Below, one piece after another: positions 62,001-64,000 of a stretch of 64,000 nt of DNA. The stretch is from Eledone cirrhosa (lineage: Eukaryota), in the NCBI GenBank assembly GCA_964016885.1, contig OZ024740.1:422902001-422966000 (forward strand), written 5' to 3'. The notes beneath the pieces are model-generated. The model was given only the letters and a program-made list of their open reading frames with translations, was not told the origin of the DNA and searched no databases. The first letter of the stretch is position 1. The number at the start of each line of letters is the position of its first letter. Position numbers and translations under genes: made by a program.

Positions 62001-64000
62001 GTCTGGGTGTAAGGAGAGCTAGACCTTAGGACAGAGAGGAGGTGTTGATAGAGAAGGTCAGAAGTGTGGAGAGAGTGGTTGACAGGTCTGGATGTAAGGA
62101 GAACTAGACCTTAGGACAGAGAGGAGGTATTGATAGAGAAGGTCAGATGTGTGGAGAGAGTGGTAGAGAGGTCTGGATGTAAGGAGAGCTGGACCTTAGG
62201 ACGGAGAGGAGGTGTTGATAGAGAAGGTCAGAAGTGTGGAGAGAGTGGTAGAGAGGTCTGGATGTAAGGAGAGCTAGACCTTAGGACAGAGTGGAGGTGT
62301 TGATGGAGAATGTAAGAAGTGTGGAGAGAGTGGTTGACAGGTCTGGATGTAAGGAGAGCTAGACCTTAGGACAGAGAGGAGGTGTTGATAGAGAAGGTAA
62401 GAAGTGTGGAGAGAGTGGTTGACAGGTCTGGATGTAAGGAGAGCTAGACCTTAGGACAGAGAGGAGGTGTTGATAGAGAAGGTCAGAAGTGTGGAGAGAG
62501 TGGTTGACAGGTCTGGATGTAAGGAGAGATAGACCTTAGGACAGAGAGGAGGTGTTGATAGAGGTCAGAAGTGTGGAGAGAGTGGTTGACAGGTCTGGAT
62601 GTAAGGAGAGCTGGATCTTAGGACATAGAGGAGGTGTTGATAGAGAAGGTCAGAAGTGTGGAGAGAGTGGTTGACAGGTCTGGATGTAAGGAGAACTAGA
62701 CCTTAGGACAGAGAAGAGGTGTTGATGGAGAAGGTCAGAAGTTGGGAGAGAGTGATTGACAGGTTTGGATGTAAGGACAGCTGGACCTTAGGACAGAGAG
62801 GAGGTGTTGATAGAGAAGGTCAGAAGTGTGGAGAGAGTGGTTGACAGGTCTGGATGTAAGGAGAGCTAGACCTTAGGAAAGAGAGGAGGTGTTGATAGAG
62901 AAGGTCAGAAGTGTGGAGAGAGTGGTTGACAGGTGTGGATGTAAGGAGAGCTAGACCTTAGGACTGAGAGTAGATGTTGATTGAGTAGGTCAGAAGTGTG
63001 GAGAGAGTGGTTGACAGGTCTGGATGTAAGGAGAGCTGGACCTTAGGACAGAGAATAGGTGTTGATAGAGAATGTCAGAAGTGTGGAGAGAGTGGTTGAC
63101 AGGTCTGGATGTAAGGAGAGCTAGACCTTAGGACTGAGAGGAGGTGTTGATGGAGAAGGTCAGAAGTGTGGGGAGAGTGGTTGACAGGTCTGGATGTAAG
63201 GAGAGCTAGACCTTATGACTGAGAGGAGATGTTGATAGAGAAGGTAAGAAGTGTGGAGAGAGTGGTTGACAGGTCTGGATGTAAGGAGAGCTAGACCTTA
63301 GGACAGAGAGGAGGTGTTGATGGAGAAGGTAAGAAGTGTGGAGAGAGTGGTTGACAGGTCTGGGTGTAAGGAGAGCTAGACCTTCGGAAAGAGAGGATGT
63401 GTTGATAGAGAAGGTCAGAAGTGTGGAGAGAGTGGTTGACAAGTCTGGATGTAAGGAGAGCTAGACCTTAGGACAGAGAGGAGGTGTTGATAGAGAAGGT
63501 CAGAAGTGTGGAGAGAGTGGTTGACAGGTCTGGGTGTAAGGAGAGCTAGACCTTAGGACAGAGAGGAGGTGTTGATAGAGAAGGTCAGAAGTGTGGCGAG
63601 AGTGGTTGACAGGTCTGGATGTAAAGAGAGCTAGACCTTAGGACAGAGAAGAGGTGTTGATAGAGAAGGTCAGAAGTGTGGAGAGAGTGGTACACAGGTC
63701 TGGATGTAAGGAGAGCTAGACCTTAGGACAGAGAGGATGTGTTGATAGTGAAGGTCAGAAGTGTGGAGAGAGTGGTTGACTGGTCTGGATGTAAGGAGAG
63801 CTGGATCTTAGGATAGAGAGGAGGTGTTTATTGAGAAGGTCGGATTTTTGGAGAGAGTGGTTGACAGGTCTGGATGTAAGGAGAGCTAGACCTTAGGACA
63901 GAGAAGAGGTGTTGATGGAGAAGGTCAGAAGTGTGGAGAGAGTGGTTGACAGGTCTGGATGTAAGGAGAGCTGGACCTTAGGACAGAGAGGAGGTGTTGA
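59045..64000 (+). repeat. More diverged, largely non-duplicated portion of the satellite array
   Basis: Many private variants (GCAATACC 59216, GAATTTCAG ~60605, AAGCTCTG 60691, TTAACAGG ~61487, GGTGTGG ~62932, GAATAGG ~63053), a 7-bp duplication (TGGACCT x2, 60997-61010), a 1-bp deletion (~61327) and four 3-bp deletions. Confidence 0.75.

Larger units (their letters stand above)
1..64000 (+). repeat. Satellite DNA tandem array, 85-bp purine-rich monomer, 753 full copies plus a partial; both window ends lie inside the array
   Basis: Monomer starts (AGAG[C]T.GACC) recur at 1, 86, 171 and so on. The 85-bp phase holds across the window once 22 small indels are counted (last start 63967 = 1 + 753x85 - 39). 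All copies are in the same orientation and most differ from consensus by only a few substitutions. Confidence 0.99.

Noticed and set aside
63206-63442. 78-aa minus-strand ORF rich in S/L/T/H/P
   Set aside because: It is the low-complexity translation of the pyrimidine-rich strand, open only through local variants at stop codons; there is no gene context.
1-64000. CRISPR array or other repeat-spacer system
   Set aside because: There are no unique spacers. The entire 85 bp repeats with only point variants, and there are no cas or other genes.
1-64000. True telomeric (TTAGG)n tract
   Set aside because: TTAGG occurs singly once per 85 bp and never in tandem.
1-64000. A single fixed-period higher-order repeat across the window
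   Set aside because: Duplication offsets vary from 12 to 156 monomers, and I saw no long unit repeated more than 2-3 times in a row.
1-64000. Mobile-element insertion or strand inversion inside the array
   Set aside because: Phase accounting explains the full length with 22 small indels, and no pyrimidine-rich (inverted) or foreign segment is visible.

Overview
The whole 64-kb window is one uninterrupted, head-to-tail satellite array of an 85-bp monomer (consensus AGAGCT[A/G]GACCTTAGGACAGAGAGGAGGTGTTGATAGAGAAGGTCAGAAGTGTGGAGAGAGTGGTTGACAGGTCTGGATGTAAGG). Phase counting gives 753 complete monomers plus a 34-bp partial: the last monomer starts at 63967, matching the 22 indels I found (net -39 bp). 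The consensus is 49% GC, 72% purine on the + strand (35 G, 26 A, 17 T, 7 C) and has no CpG. I see no genes, RNA genes, transposon insertions, inversions or CRISPR spacers, and the four listed ORFs are chance read-throughs of the repeat. The interesting structure is internal. There are nested, irregular higher-order duplications (offsets of 12, 15, 20, 23, 26, 29, 40, 51, 55/56, 65 and 156 monomers). Variants form layered domains in which left-type cassettes reappear at the far right, and indels and divergence rise toward 59-64 kb. The monomer is itself built from older 16-bp and ~30-bp subrepeats whose alleles appear to be exchanged. The organism and chromosomal context (centromeric, subtelomeric or interstitial) cannot be determined from the sequence. 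It looks eukaryotic, but I do not recognise the family. I found no evidence of a novel gene-based system. Block boundaries were read by eye from diagnostic variants and are approximate to about one monomer.
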